Below, in pieces: positions 23,970-36,785 of a stretch of 64,000 bases of DNA; the first letter of the stretch is position 1; each line of letters starts with the position of its first letter. The stretch covers positions 13,634,656 through 13,698,655 of the forward strand of contig NC_134030.1 in NCBI RefSeq assembly GCF_964204645.1, in the 5' to 3' direction. The DNA comes from Tubulanus polymorphus (Eukaryota; Animalia; Nemertea). The notes under the pieces were generated by a model. The model did no database searches. It was not told where the DNA came from and worked only from the letters and a program-made list of their open reading frames with translations. Both the position numbers and the translations under genes were made by a program.

Positions 23970-24670
23970 TTTTTGACGCCTTATAAAACCATTATGAAAC
24001 CTAAACAATGTTAACCATTCAGCGTCATTTTACAAACGACAACCGTATATCATTGTGTAGACATAAAAGCTATTAGGCAAAAAATTACTGCCAAAGATGT
24101 AGAATGTCTTCCTGTGATTATATATTGAGCTCTATTTGAACGTCAAAATTGAATTGAATATCATAAGAAGACGCATTGTAATAGAAATGGATGTATGATT
24201 ATATCAAAAGCGGCAGGCATAAATAGAAATGATAAGTAAATCGGATGCGGAAGTCTGATATAAAAGTAAGAACCTGAATGGGGATGCCGGTGGAATGACG
24301 AAGCTATGTACAATCTGTGTAGGGTTGGCGTGAATTTTATCGGCGGCTACAATCGATCAATATAAAAATGTGTAAACATATAATTTAAATATTCCAATGC
24401 TTTAGAAAATATGTTCGGTATTAGGGCCGGGTATGCCGGTTTCGGAACGAACCTGATTAGCAATTTATAATAGCATAGATGTCATATACGGCTCCGCGTC
24501 CACTGATGATGTGTGTTTCAGGTGACAATTCAATTCAATTCTTTATTGATACTTATGTTAAACATTACATATAAGATTCCCAAATTCAATAAAGTTACAA
24601 ATTTTAAAATAAAAAAACACAACATACAAAACACATGCGTAACCCATACAGAATAACATAAACAAGCCCA
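23970..24670 (+). repeat. Dispersed repeat C; other copies at 33147-33595 (+) and 43755-44475 (-)
   Basis: Shared block ttatgaaacctaaacaatg...cggcggctacaa; includes an aataaagaattgaattga LINE-like tail on the - strand near 24530-24550. Confidence 0.8.
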
Positions 24671-24739
24671 AGCCATTCTACATTTTTTCGCAGGCGTCAA
24701 ATAATTTATCAAAATCAATTTTCTTTCTGATGACTCAAG

Positions 24740-26225
24740 ATCATGCAATTATAGACCATCCGCCAAGAGTGGCAGCATCGTCGATCGCATTGATATAGCG
24801 CAAGAAATGGCGTTATAACTCGTGATAGTAATATAAACGACATAATTTTCACTTCAATAAGATCCTTCAACATACGCACCATTGTTTTGTAGGAAATTGT
24901 GTTTGTATCTTTGATTTCGTTCTTGTTACCACAATCAACGTATTTATGAAATTCGGGAATTGGTGACAGTGTTCTTCTCTCTACTGGCAAGTTTTCAAGC
25001 CAACGGTGCTTGCAAAACTTTAAAGGGGAACACAGTAATCCCAGCAACACAAATATAATCCTCTCTTCTAGCTGCAGATGTTTCTTTGAAAAGGTGATAG
25101 CAGCTTCTGAAGAGGTTGTCAATGTTCCATTCACATGCTTTAATGGCATCTTTATATGCACCATGCATGATATGAAGACCGCAAGTACCGATATTGATGA
25201 ACGACCTATCATTTTCATCACTAAGTCGAAAGCAAATCCAAGAATTTCAAGTTGACATTAGGTCCCATCCATCCATTGAGACCTGAAAATAAATAACAAA
25301 TTTTTATGAATATAATCTTTTGATTGAAAAGAATGATTCTACGCTTCCTTGCTAAATTTTTTTATTTGATATTAATTCACAGGTCTAGCCTATATTTTCA
25401 GTGTATAATTCTCAAAATGAAAAATAAATAGCGATAATACTCACTTGAAACAGACTTTTCAAATTGAGAGTGGCTGTAGCTGATGTGAGGTTTTCAAGTA
25501 ACTGTAGTACCCATGAATCTTGAATTGAAGAATCTTGTAGTCATTTTGTCCCCGTCCCATAAACTCAAATGCAGATCAAGTTGTTTATTCTTTGTAGATA
25601 CATTTAAACTCTCATCAAATAAGAATACGAAAAGCTTTGCATCTTTAGCTTTGTTCCGCAAAATTTCTGAGAAGTGAGTAGCTTAGCCAAAGCAACAGGT
25701 ATAAGCTGTTTTTTTCACCACGTGTGAATTTCTTCGCGATGCCACTGTCAGGAAACATCATTTGAAAATCTTTTTGATATTTGTATTGGACCTGAACGAT
25801 TGGTGATTTTCCATTGTAAACCCAAGTCCACAATATCTCCGCCTTCATTAAGTTCCCTTTTGAAACAAATGAGTCTACGGTAGTTGCCGCTGGTGTTGAC
25901 CTCTTTGGTGCATTGAAAAAATCGGTCATGGTTGTTGAACTCGAAACACTTTCATTTACTGTAGCCATCCGCTTCACATGCTTCGAACCGTTCATGTGAC
26001 TTTCCAGTGCGCATACCCACATCCGAAATCGAATGGTATATTACGGTACTATACTAGCTTTAATTGCTGATTTCAGTAACATCTTAGTCACAAGGGTTGA
26101 CAGACAATTCCTTGCATTGATACGAAAGTCGGTGATATGCTTGTCCTTGGCTTTCTTTGTGATGAGCAACTCTTTTAACATTCTATCAGCAGAAAATCCA
26201 ATAACCACTTTGGAATAGTCCAAAA
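24740..26225 (-). pseudogene. hAT-related DDE transposase relic containing a spliceosomal intron
   Basis: ALESHM...KH, KAEILW, MFPDS.IAKKF..GE.K, LFDESLN...KQLDLH, SMDG-GPNVN, IGTCGLHIVHGA and PLKFC.HRWLEN motifs; GT-AG intron at about 25444-25283. Confidence 0.7.
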
Positions 26226-27399
26226 GTCTTTCAAATCATTATTTGAAATCTGTATCACACTGGCACACATTACCACGTAGACAATAGGTCAAACTTGGCT
26301 GGCAGCAGCAAATCAAAGAAACGATCCTTGAGAGTCTGAACATCTGACACTTAGGAGTAGTGTATTTACGATCAGTTTCCACCACCCGAATCTCATTACT
26401 TGTGGTAGTGTGTTTTAATGGCACGTTTCCACACTGGAATATTTTCGAACCATTTGTGAATTTTAAACACAATTTTATTGAAAAAACTGTCGTTTCAATA
26501 ATTGTAATGAAGTCTTCACGCCAAGCTGGTGAATCTCTGAAGATTCGATGAAATGCCTTGAACTAGGTATCCAGTTTCCACACAGTTGCATTGAAAGCAC
26601 TTTTAAAGGACAAATGCCATCAAAATTGTACTTTCCGCGATTACTTAACCAGAAGAAACTTTAGTATACATATAACGACCTGAGATAGGCCTATGACTGA
26701 TCGAAAAAAGTAGCTCAAATGAGCCATAAATGAGTCATTCAATTATCCTTCACATACTACTTCCAGTGGCATTATTTACGATGTTATCCATCATGGATAA
26801 CATTGTCATGGCATGACAATCAACACAAGCACGTGTGCACACGCCATTAAGCATGGCCTATGTGTAATCAATAAAATAAACATCATTTGTTCAACGTATT
26901 CACAGACCTACAGCGCTACTAACTTATATACGATTATCATGTCATATACAACGGTAACAACACTATACTATGGTAAGTGTTTTTTAATTCAAATCACTCC
27001 CAAAACGATAAAATACCGCACGAAATGTCTAGTGAAATGATAGGAAGCCGCATGCGTTTGGCAGAGATCACGTCTGAAACACGCACCTGCTTTCATTAAC
27101 AATTACAGTCAGCACGTGCTGAAATTTCTATCGTATTTCTCGGTAATGGCTGAACTAAAATCCAAACCAGTAGCATATTTGATATTTGCGAATACATCAC
27201 ATTTGAAAATGACTTTTACACAAAATTCTATTTTGATGGAATTTGCACTTTGAAGGCATTGTGCAAGATGTGAAAATAGGAAAAACCAGTCTCTCCTGAT
27301 TAGCAGACCACAGAGGTCTGACAGGTGCATAAACTTGTATGAGTCCAGATAAGTACAAGCAGCCTGTCAGCTGATACAGCTCCTCTATTTTTTGTTAAG

Positions 27400-27875
27400 A
27401 TTTTACAAGGACCACGCAAACAGCACGCTCAAGAGTTCAAATCCAGAAAACGGCTCTATAACTTATAAGCCATTGGCCCACTGTATCTTCATACTAAGCT
27501 TCGTCAAGATCAGATAGTGATTGTAGGATGAGTAACAATTGAAAGATTTTACAAGTGTGACCTGTACCGCACCTCCTAGAGGTCAAATCAGGAAAATGGC
27601 TCAATATTTCAGCCCTTGACCAAAAATATTGACATACCAAGTTTCGTCAAGATTGGTTAATAATTGTAGGACAAGTAGCGATTAAAAGATTTGACAAACG
27701 CCAGCCGTACAGCGCCCCTAGAGATTAAATTTGGAAAACTGCTCAATAACTTTTTAGCCCTTGGCCCATAGTATCTACATACCAAGTTTCGTAACATCAG
27801 ACATATAATTCTAGGACAAGTAGCGATTTTAAGATTTTATAAGTGTGACCTGTACAGCGCGCCCTTAGGTCACAC
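27400..27875. repeat. Degenerate tandem cores (about 130-140 bp, accaagtttcgt...) of a HINE-like element
   Basis: Repeated ataccaagtttcgt / taggacaagtagcgatt / aagtgtgacctgtac blocks. Confidence 0.55.
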
Positions 27876-27889
27876 CGGAGCTAATAAAG

Positions 27890-28830
27890 GAGCCAGATGA
27901 TTCACTGCCTTGAAGGTGCAACTTTACACTGGATTTTTGCAGAGGCCAGTTAAGGTCCTGAAGAACTGGAGCCATATGGTCGAAATCGTGAGTCCTAGAT
28001 ATCGTGATAACATGCAGTTGAATTTTGGAACATGCGTGAGCATAAGCGTTAAGTCAGCAAGATAGGGCTAGTGCCTGGACAAGTGCCTGTGCACTCAAGC
28101 AATATTTCATAAATGGAAGTATCCAGGTCTGAGAACATACGTAGTTAGGTAACATGAGGCTTCATGCTAAAATGCGGCTCAAACAGCACACCATGATTAT
28201 GAACTGGATGAGCAGAGACTGGCACTTAAACACCGACAACCTTCAAAGATTTAATGCTAATGGTACAACTTTGGTCTTGTGTAACTACGAGCTCGTGAAT
28301 CTCTGTTTTTGTAGGGTTGGCCTTCAAAGAAGTTATCACCGTACCAACAATTTATGGCCTCAAGGCAGAATTCGACTTTGGAGAACTGTAACTGGATCGA
28401 CTTAGAATCATAAACAGTAGTCATAAGTCTGTACACCTGATTATTGTCCATTAATATCCATGGTGGCACCGTGTATTACATCAGGTGAATCTATTAGCTC
28501 ATCAAGAAACAGAATATACACCAGAAATAGCAGAAACCCTAATACCCCTGAGGCATACCATATTTCAACTTCATTGATGATGAGTGAACACCATTTATAA
28601 CAACACTATTGACCGCTCAGTTAGGTACTATCCGAAGTAACCGCTGAGGGCAAGACAACCAATAAAGCAACATCACTGCTATTAACCATAACGAATATCA
28701 CCCTCAACTTTATGATTATGACATGTACGTTGACTGGAAAACATCCTGCAAGTTATCATCTGCCATGTTAGCCCGTAGCCTCTTGGCAACAACATGCTCC
28801 AGTACTTTTGATACAAAGGGGGGATTGCCT
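27890..28830 (-). mobile_element. L2-group LINE ORF2 fragments
   Basis: PFVSKVLEHVVAKRL at about 28820-28760; VHNHGVLFE..FSMKPHV, YFHL.NI, LVQAL and FDHMAPVLQDLNW at about 28260-27940. Confidence 0.65.
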
Positions 28831-29288
28831 AAGAAATGCCCCTTTCAATTGACACATCTCCATGAAGACCTATACATGTAGTATTCACACACAACTGCAT
28901 GATAATTCATCATGAATATACATGGTAGTGGGTTTTCCCCAATCACTCAAATAAACATTCTCCACACGCATGGTGTGCTGGATGCTGAACAATATCATTA
29001 ATTACGTAGGCTACACTGTGTGAAGTTTGTAAGACAATCTATTTTTGTAAATTAAACAATTTCCAAGATATACTGCCCCATTTCCTAGATTCACTGTCCT
29101 TCTATAAAGTTCACTGCTTTTCAGGGAAAAAATTATCGTATAAATATCCCTTACAGTTACTGAGAAAAAAAGCAACACAATCAAAAGTTGACACCGGATG
29201 GACGACAATGGCTAATCCCCATCCTTCAGCTCCACCTCCCGTCACACCTGGTCAGTGGAGCCAAGAACATATTTCATGTTGAGCCTAC

Positions 29289-29387
29289 CTTTTTAGAAAG
29301 CTTCACATAGGCATTTCGAATTTCTTTATCTGTTGAGGTTTTCTCTAGGCCGAGAACATCATAGTGACACTTTCTAGTTTCATCCAT
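29289..29387 (-). CDS. DNAJC4: DNAJC4-like J-domain co-chaperone, first identified coding exon (MDETRKCHYDVLGLEKTSTDKEIRNAYVKLSKK)
   Basis: J-domain helices I-II (HYDVLG...EIRNAY..LSKK). Acceptor ttttgttcttcag lies before 29419; phase-0 donor AAG|gtaggc at 29288. The frame stays open up to the acceptor, so an N-terminal extension is possible. Confidence 0.85.
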
Positions 29388-30117
29388 TTTTCCCAAAGAC
29401 AACAAAGAGATATGCGGTGCTGAAGAACAAAAAAAATAGCCTAGTGCAATCGACTATCCAGCAATATTCAATGCCCCACATCAACAAAGCAATTTTTTTC
29501 AGGGGCCCTTCCTGAGAAAAATTTTATATTTCTCGGTGCACAGATTACAATTCAATTTTATCACTTAAGCTTAGCAAGCCTTTATCAATTTCGATTTCCA
29601 AATAATTTGGTGACTTTGATAAGTTATGATTTTTAAGTTTTTCATCTCAATAGGGAGACTAGAACAAGAGCCCCAGCTTTTCATAATATGGCAAATGATG
29701 CATTCTGTGGGTTATATTTATCAAAATACACTCCTAGCTCAGAGCCAATACCTATAATTTACACAATACAGTTGAGTTTTCATCGGCAACTGCAGCTTGC
29801 AGGAACATATACCTAAGATAAATCTTTCCCTTGGTCTTATTTGAATGGGAAATAGAATTGAATTTCCTTAAATTTGCTCAATAACACAAAATTGAATTGG
29901 ATTTGATGTTTCATTTGTTCAATAAAGTAAAATTGAATTGGATTTGATTGAATTTGCAGTTGGAGCACATCGATAATTAGCATATTAAGGTCTTCCATCA
30001 AATTTGAAAAAAAAGTTTTTTTCCCAGACTGCATAATTGCCAATTGTCAATGATATTTTCTGTAGTGCAAATATATTCCTCCCAAAAACCAAATCAACTA
30101 AAGATTTCACAGTAATT

Positions 30118-32803
30118 AGGGTTTTCTGTTACATCACAGAAAACCCTATTGAGATTCGCGTGTTTCTTATTATTATTATTATTTTATGTCACACTATTTT
30201 CACTAAAAGAACTAAGGGTTTGTTACCTTGTCGCTGTTGTCGATACAAGCCGTATGATATCGTTCAGCTCACTGAGATCTACAAATACTCTGCGTGTTTT
30301 TTCATGAATCATCGTTACAAAAGCACTGTCGGGCCGTAAACATGACAATTTAGCCCCATTCAATGGGGCGACATGTTTTTCGAGTCGTCATCCCGAAATC
30401 AAACCGCAGGCCGATATTCACTTCGATTATCAATTCGAGTATAAATGAACTAATTTATTGCCACAGACTTCACATTCAGCCGCGGTCTTCAAACAGTAAT
30501 TTTAACAATAGCCCATTTTCCTCATCAAATCATATTACCGATACACTGGAAATTTACTACTTAAGATTTTAAAAGCACTGTCGAGCGGTAAACATCGACG
30601 AATCGACGTGTGTCACTACATTGTCGTTCCGTGGATCAGCTGCGAGTTTCTCCTCATCATGAGAATCAAATCGAGTACAAATTAATTTATTACTACCAGT
30701 GATTTGGCTGCGGGTTTCAAGGAGTTAGTTTAACAATACCTATTTTTCATTACCAAATTAACCGTGTATTTACTAAGATAAATCTTAAGTGTACTGGGGA
30801 GTCGTAGGCCTAAACTAAACACGCCAAAGAGATATAGCGGAGAAAAGCTGTTATATCGACGAGGTATCAAAATAAAAGAATATGTTACTTTATTCGACCG
30901 CGGGCTTCAACCTCTATATCAATACCATCAATACTCTATATTTCCTACAGAACATACCGATCGTTGTCAAATGCACAAGGTTTTTACTAAATACAAGTAT
31001 ATAACACACTCCTATCCGTATGCTGGATTCACACTTGACATTCGGAGTAAGCGTTCGCTGTGGGGGAAAGGAGATCGTTCGCTATGTCGCTTGAAGATTT
31101 TATTGAGTTTTACGCGACCTTAAGGCTTTAGGCCTACCGGTACTGACCTTTACTGTCTCAAACAAACACAGTATAATTGTTGCGTTTATTAACGGACTCA
31201 TTGGATTGAACTTCGAAACTAAATTTACGATATTTAGGAGGGTTGTTATTCAATAAGCCTACGACCAAATCTGTCCGGATGTTAGGCCTACGCATATACA
31301 TAGGCCTACATAGGCTGGTAGCCTCTACTAGGTAAAAGCTAAGTTCCCTGTAAATGAGGAATCAGATTTATTAAAATGCATGTGTAATAAGTGATTAACT
31401 GGTTCTGACTTGCAACGATCAATCACAATTATCAATTTTATTGGCAAAAATGAAGATTTTTTTTTATTTCGTCTGAGCAGACAGCTTTATAAGCCAGACC
31501 ATTTGAGTTTTTTCATCATAAATGAAACTGGTATTTCATTAATTGCTAATGACTTAAGCCGGACGTAGGTCGGCTTTGCGACAGCTTGTGACTCACTGCG
31601 ACGCCATTCACTGCGACCGCCAGCGACGATTGTGTCGCAACGACTCATTGACCTACGCTCCCTTGCGACGGGTTGCGACTGTCAGCAACACCAGTCACAA
31701 GGAGTCGCACGTGTTCTACTTTCTGCGACCCGACACGACTGTCACAACCGACCTACGTGCTCTTGCGACTGGCAGAAACTATAGTCGCAAACAGTTTCTG
31801 ACAATCGTATCGCAACCGACTCGCACCGGAACTAGCGATGCAACGCAATGATCGCATCGCGTCGCAAGGCCGACCTATGTCCGGCTTTAAGTTACTGCGG
31901 AGGACCAGAAATATCTTCTTTTTCGTTCAAAAGACCTTTCGCTTGAAAATTCTTTCGTCTGAACAAAATTTATTTCGTTCAAACTAATGATATTCTGTTC
32001 GATTGAACCAATTTGAAAAAATGGTTAGAACAAAGTTGAACAAACTTTTTTCTGTCCAAACGAAAGCTTTTTCGTTCGAGCAATCGTTCGATCGAACAGG
32101 ATCGTTTTAATTTGAACAGAATTTTCTTGTCAGATTATTAAGTTTTTCGTTCGAACAAGTATATTTTAAAAAGTTTTTTCTCCGAATCAAAAGTATTGAG
32201 TAGTCCGTTCAATCGAAAAGAATTGTTTTCATTCAAACATTCATTCGAAAAAAATTGTTTTCGCTCAACCAAATTTTTGCTGGGACAAAAAGTTTTTCAT
32301 TTCAACAATAACATAGCTTTTTATTGGAACATATTTTTTGTCAGAATGAAGAAAGGTTTTGGTTCAAACAAAAAGCGTATTGTTCGATCAAACAGAATTG
32401 TTTTCATTCGAACAAGATTTTCTTGTCGGAAGATTAAGTTTTTGGGTCAAACAGCCCGTTAAGTTCGTTTTGGAAATTTACTCGGTCTGGTATATTTTGG
32501 ATTACCGTGTATGTCATTTGTCAGGACATTAAATAAAAGACGACTTAGGATACTACCTAGCATGACTCCACTAGTTAGACCGACTTATTCCAAGATGAGG
32601 CGTTCCGTTGATTTCGGCTACAAGTTTTCGTTCAGAGATAACTGCTGAGCCATTTCGGCGACCTATCATTGATACTGTTTCCTAATAGCCTGTTTAGTAG
32701 TGGCTGATGTTGTGCCTTATCAAATGCTTTGTCCAAATCCACCGTTGAACAGGATTCTAAGACTGTGCAGAAAACCCGTTATCGCTGCTTTGCAGCTATA
32801 TTT
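30118..32803 (+). mobile_element. Family A Helentron/HINE-like element, copy 2
   Basis: Same 5' hairpin, body, RT-derived segment and 3' stem-loop as copy 1. Confidence 0.88.
31557..31886. mobile_element. Tourist/PIF-Harbinger-type MITE, TTA TSD, nested in family A copy 2
   Basis: TIR agccggacgtaggtcggc / gccgacctatgtccggct; TTA on both sides; absent at the homologous position of copy 3 (about 49228). Confidence 0.85.
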
Positions 32804-33845
32804 GATCTTGAAATACAATTTTAAATCTTAAATTAAAATAAAACCCGGAAATAAAACAGTGGACGATACCGTGGGTTCACATGAACACCTGCTGATCTCT
32901 GCGGCTAAGCCAATCATAGAGGAGTCTTTGCTTTCTGATCGGCTTTTAAAAACATATATCTTTGCGTTCAGATTTTCGCGAAAAAGCTCACATTAAATTT
33001 AATGAGACCCTTTTTCAAAATTTAGCTTCATAGGAGTTGGAGGATGGATAATGCTTTAATGAATGATTTGTATGAATATTTGCTCAGTTGCACAGTCAAA
33101 GAGCCTTTGCTCTGGAAACCAAGTCATTTAAATTATAAAATATAACAATTATGAAACCTAAACAATGTTAACCATTCAGCGTCATTTTTCTAACGACAGC
33201 CGTAAATCGATGTGCAAAACGTCACAGGTCTATGTGTACACATACAAGCTATTTGGCAAAATATTATTGACAAAGATATAGAAAGTCTTTCTGTGATTAT
33301 ATAATGAGCTCTATTTGAACGTCGAAATGTTATATTGCATTGAATATCATTTGAAGACATATTGCAATAGTAAGTAGGATGTATGATTACCGTTTATCAG
33401 AAGCGGCAGACATAAATCGAAATGATAAGTAAATTGGATTATTCGGTCAAAATGGCGGATGTATACACGATTTGGAAGTCTGATATAAATTAAAAGAAAG
33501 ACCCTGACATGGGGATGCTGGTGGAATGACAAAGCTATCTACGATCTGTGTAGGGCCGGCATGAATTTCATCGGCGGCTACAAGCGGTCAATATAACTAT
33601 GAATCTATCAGCACTTCGACGATTTTTAAAATCAATTTTCATCAACTCTAATTTTTTCACAAGGACTATAGCATTTTCAATGACGCAGAGCCAAATATTA
33701 TTGAACGTTGTCTGTAGAACGACGGCTAGGTAGGCCTACCGGTACTAGACAGGCTTAAGCCCATCCGATTATAAAAAGCTTACCACCAACGATTAGGTAA
33801 CTAGCCTTACTACAATAAAGCCTGTTACCAAAGAGTCAAAAGACC

Positions 33846-34064
33846 GGTAAAAGTGCAGATCCGCACCTCTCGTGATTGACGCAATCTTCTGAATGACAGA
33901 ATCCAGCTAAAATCTTTCTAGTGAAGATATCTTATAATCATACTTATAATCAACCAAAGGCAATGTACTGAATTGCTGAATTTTGGATCTGAAACATTGA
34001 TATTTAGGCCTAATGTAATTGATTGAACTGTTTACGCAGAGAGGTGCGGATCTGCACTTTTACC
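33846..34064. mobile_element. Merlin-like MITE, 26-bp perfect TIR, 8-bp TSD
   Basis: ggtaaaagtgcagatccgcacctctc and its reverse complement; flanks AAAAGACC / CAAAGACC; related partial ends near 8145-8180 and 40916-40960. Confidence 0.75.
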
Positions 34065-34101
34065 CAAAGACCTCATATCCGGCTTATGTCCTATCACTTA
34101 C

Positions 34102-34403
34102 GCTACCGATCAGTAAATAAAATAAAAGTTGACAATGTCAATATTGTAAATTAATTCAGTTGAATTTCACACATAGCAGCAGAAGAAATGAATCACCTCG
34201 ATAATACACTATTTATTTGAAACTTCAGTCAAACCGAGATCGCGTCTCCATTTTGTCTTCCGCGATTTTATTCGGATCGTTTTCTCTCGATCTCGGATCT
34301 GAATTGGGGGACTCAGCTTTTCAAGGAACAAAAAGTTACGTAAATCAATCGACCGGGACACCACCTGGCGGTGGGGACAATTAACGTACCGGTACAACAC
34401 AAG
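34102..34403. promoter_or_regulatory. Putative bidirectional promoter / 5' UTRs of DNAJC4-like (-) and CCDC12 (+)
   Basis: Minus-strand donor GC|gtaagt at 34101 (candidate non-coding exon 1); locally CpG-richer; YY1-like AAGATGGCG overlaps the CCDC12 ATG. Confidence 0.5.
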
Positions 34404-34549
34404 ATGGCGTCGAAAAGTGACATCGGCAATTTACAAACCGAAGCACAAAAACGCAAAGAAAGACTTAAGAATCTACGTGAAAAACGAGAACTTGAAGACG
34501 AACCGGCTTCTAAACGATTGAATGTGCAGAACGAAGATAAATTACCGAA
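34404..34549 (+). CDS. CCDC12: CCDC12 (Cwf18-type spliceosome factor) exon 1 (MASKSDIGNLQTEAQKRKERLKNLREK...)
   Basis: G.L..EA.KRKERLK.LR motif; phase-2 donor AA|gtaagt. Confidence 0.92.
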
Positions 34550-34598
34550 GTAAGTTCAGTTACATTCTGGTTTGAATTTAGGCTAGTTCTCGAGTCGA

Positions 34599-36081
34599 CA
34601 GTCAGGAACACTTTCCAAAAACGGCTTATTCTGCCAATTTCGGCGTTTTCCGCCAATAACGGCAGAATCAGCCGTTTATGGATCACTCAGTTTTGAAACT
34701 TTTACAGTCGTTTATGGCTTAATCAGCCAGTTTCAGCTCACTAAGTTTCGAGTTTTGCTTCAAAGTTTTTTGCGCACTTCCGGTCAAATTAGCGCATGTT
34801 GCCGATTACGTCATAATCTCGAGCAGACGATAAGCTTTCATATGACGCTAGGATGGAAATTTTTGAGCTAGGTAAAGTGGTCAAATTCACGTTTTTCTAA
34901 ATGATTACGTCATATGCAGCCCAAAAACTCCGGGAAAACTCTCAAAACTACTACAGCATGAAACAAGTTTATTAATCATGATTTTTGTTAAAAATAAATT
35001 TGGGAACTAGTTTTAAAAACTATTATAAAGTTTTCAATTAAACGTTGCCATGGGTACACATAAAAACATTCGCCATTTCTGGCGTATTCCGCCGTTTTTG
35101 GCGTAGTTAGTTTTATAATCATAAACTATTAAGCCATTATTGGCAGTCCACTTGTTATATATGAGGATTCCCCCACCCGCTTAGACGTTTTCCCTAGTGT
35201 CTACAGGGTACTTTTTTTCGGAATAAAATAATTAATTTGCTGAGGTGAACGGATGTGTAAATATTATATGTTAAAAATAAAAATAAAATAATTATTATAA
35301 TTATCATTCTCATAAGACAAATCAATCATGGATGTATAAACTAGTGTATCAAAAATCTAGTTTTAAGTTTTGCCCATGGTCTTATCTTGCCTAATAAAGC
35401 ATAGAATAGTTGAGTGAATAAAGAATATTGGACTGCATATGATGTTGGTTGATTGAAGGTAATTAACATCCTCGATGCCTCCCAGCTATTTGGACTTGTG
35501 ATGGGTAGTGATTGAATGAATTGGTGGCCGATGACGTTACAACACTCAAAATCAATACAGCTGTATCTAGATTCATTTCAAAATAAAACAAACATTTTCG
35601 AAACAATTTGGGATACATGTATGTATATATTTATTACATAGAATACAGGTATAAAGAAAGAACAGAATTCAAATACATTTGCCATCGGAAACCCGTACAT
35701 TTATATTTAATTCTTTCTTGAAGCCTGGAATGGATCAATGAGATTAATTTTTCGGCGCAAATATACAAATGTATGCCAGCAGAAAAGCGATGATGTCATA
35801 ATAGGGACTCCCATCGAACTAAGCACTATAAATAGCACCTGTAAAACTATCTAAGCTAAAACGCCGTTTCTGGCGATGTAGTTTTAAAAACTGTAACAGC
35901 TGAAAACGGCGGAAATGGCGTTTTTTAAGAACAAGCCAAAAATGGCAGAAAACGCCGATTTCGGCTAAATTGGCAGAAGCAGTTTAAAACTGAGTAATCC
36001 ATAAATGGCTGATTCCGCCGTTATTGGCGGAAAACGCCGAAATTGGCAGAATAAGCCGTTTTTGGAAAGTGTTCCTGACTG
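34599..36081. mobile_element. 1.48 kb non-autonomous DNA transposon with about 100-bp TIRs and 5-bp TSD
   Basis: cagtcaggaacactttccaaaaacggcttattctgcc... is mirrored at the right end; GTCGA at 34594-34598 and 36082-36086; no coding capacity. Confidence 0.92.
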
Positions 36082-36431
36082 GTCGATTCATTCGAAAGGT
36101 CGGGGATTCATTCAGCAATTCAAGAAGGTAACTAGCTGAATACCCGTCCTGGACGACGCATAAATGCAGAATCCTGTTATTTTTTGGTAACGAAAATCAT
36201 TCATTAATTGGCCGGGAAATTCATCTAAATGCTTCACATGTGTAGAGTTCTTGGAACCAACCCCACACCTCCCCCTACCCCGTCGCGTCAAAACCTATCA
36301 TTCAAATAACTAACAGTAAATTCTGCCCCAGCCGTTTTTAGGCCCCTCCTTGTTCGATCTTTGTACTTTCTATATTGACCACACCACCCGTACGTTCATT
36401 TAAAAAGCCCCTCCATTCAACCAACGAAGTG

Positions 36432-36780
36432 CAATTCAATTCAATCTTTATTAAATCCATAAAGTATACACTTTATAGGATAAGACAAGTTAATAAAGAA
36501 ACAACAATACAATACAGTACAAGGCAAGGAAATTTACATTACAATACAAATCAAAAAACATTAAATAGACATGAAAGCACAAACAAAAGTAGCCCATTAT
36601 TACTAGGCCTACATGGAAGATACAATACGTAGGCCCGTCCTTGCTTGCCAGGGATACTATTCCATCTATTTATGATGCAAAGAAAAGCATCGTGGCGCAC
36701 AATCATTGTGAAAAAAAAACAGTGTTGATTCAATTTACGGTGAGAAATAGCATGTAGTACATGTAATAATATTAGATAGG
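36432..36780 (-). mobile_element. CR1/L2-group LINE 3' end
   Basis: IINRWNSIP C-terminal motif, then a UTR ending aataaagattgaattgaattg. Confidence 0.55.
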
Positions 36781-36785
36781 GCCTA

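Noticed and set aside
24495-24530. Hammerhead ribozyme cores (CTGATGA here, and near 54477 and 62547)
   Set aside because: No stem II followed by GAAA and no stem I/III pairing.
34209-34400. 63-aa minus-strand ORF as DNAJC4 coding exon 1
   Set aside because: Ends in a stop without a usable donor and shows no homology; probably promoter or UTR.
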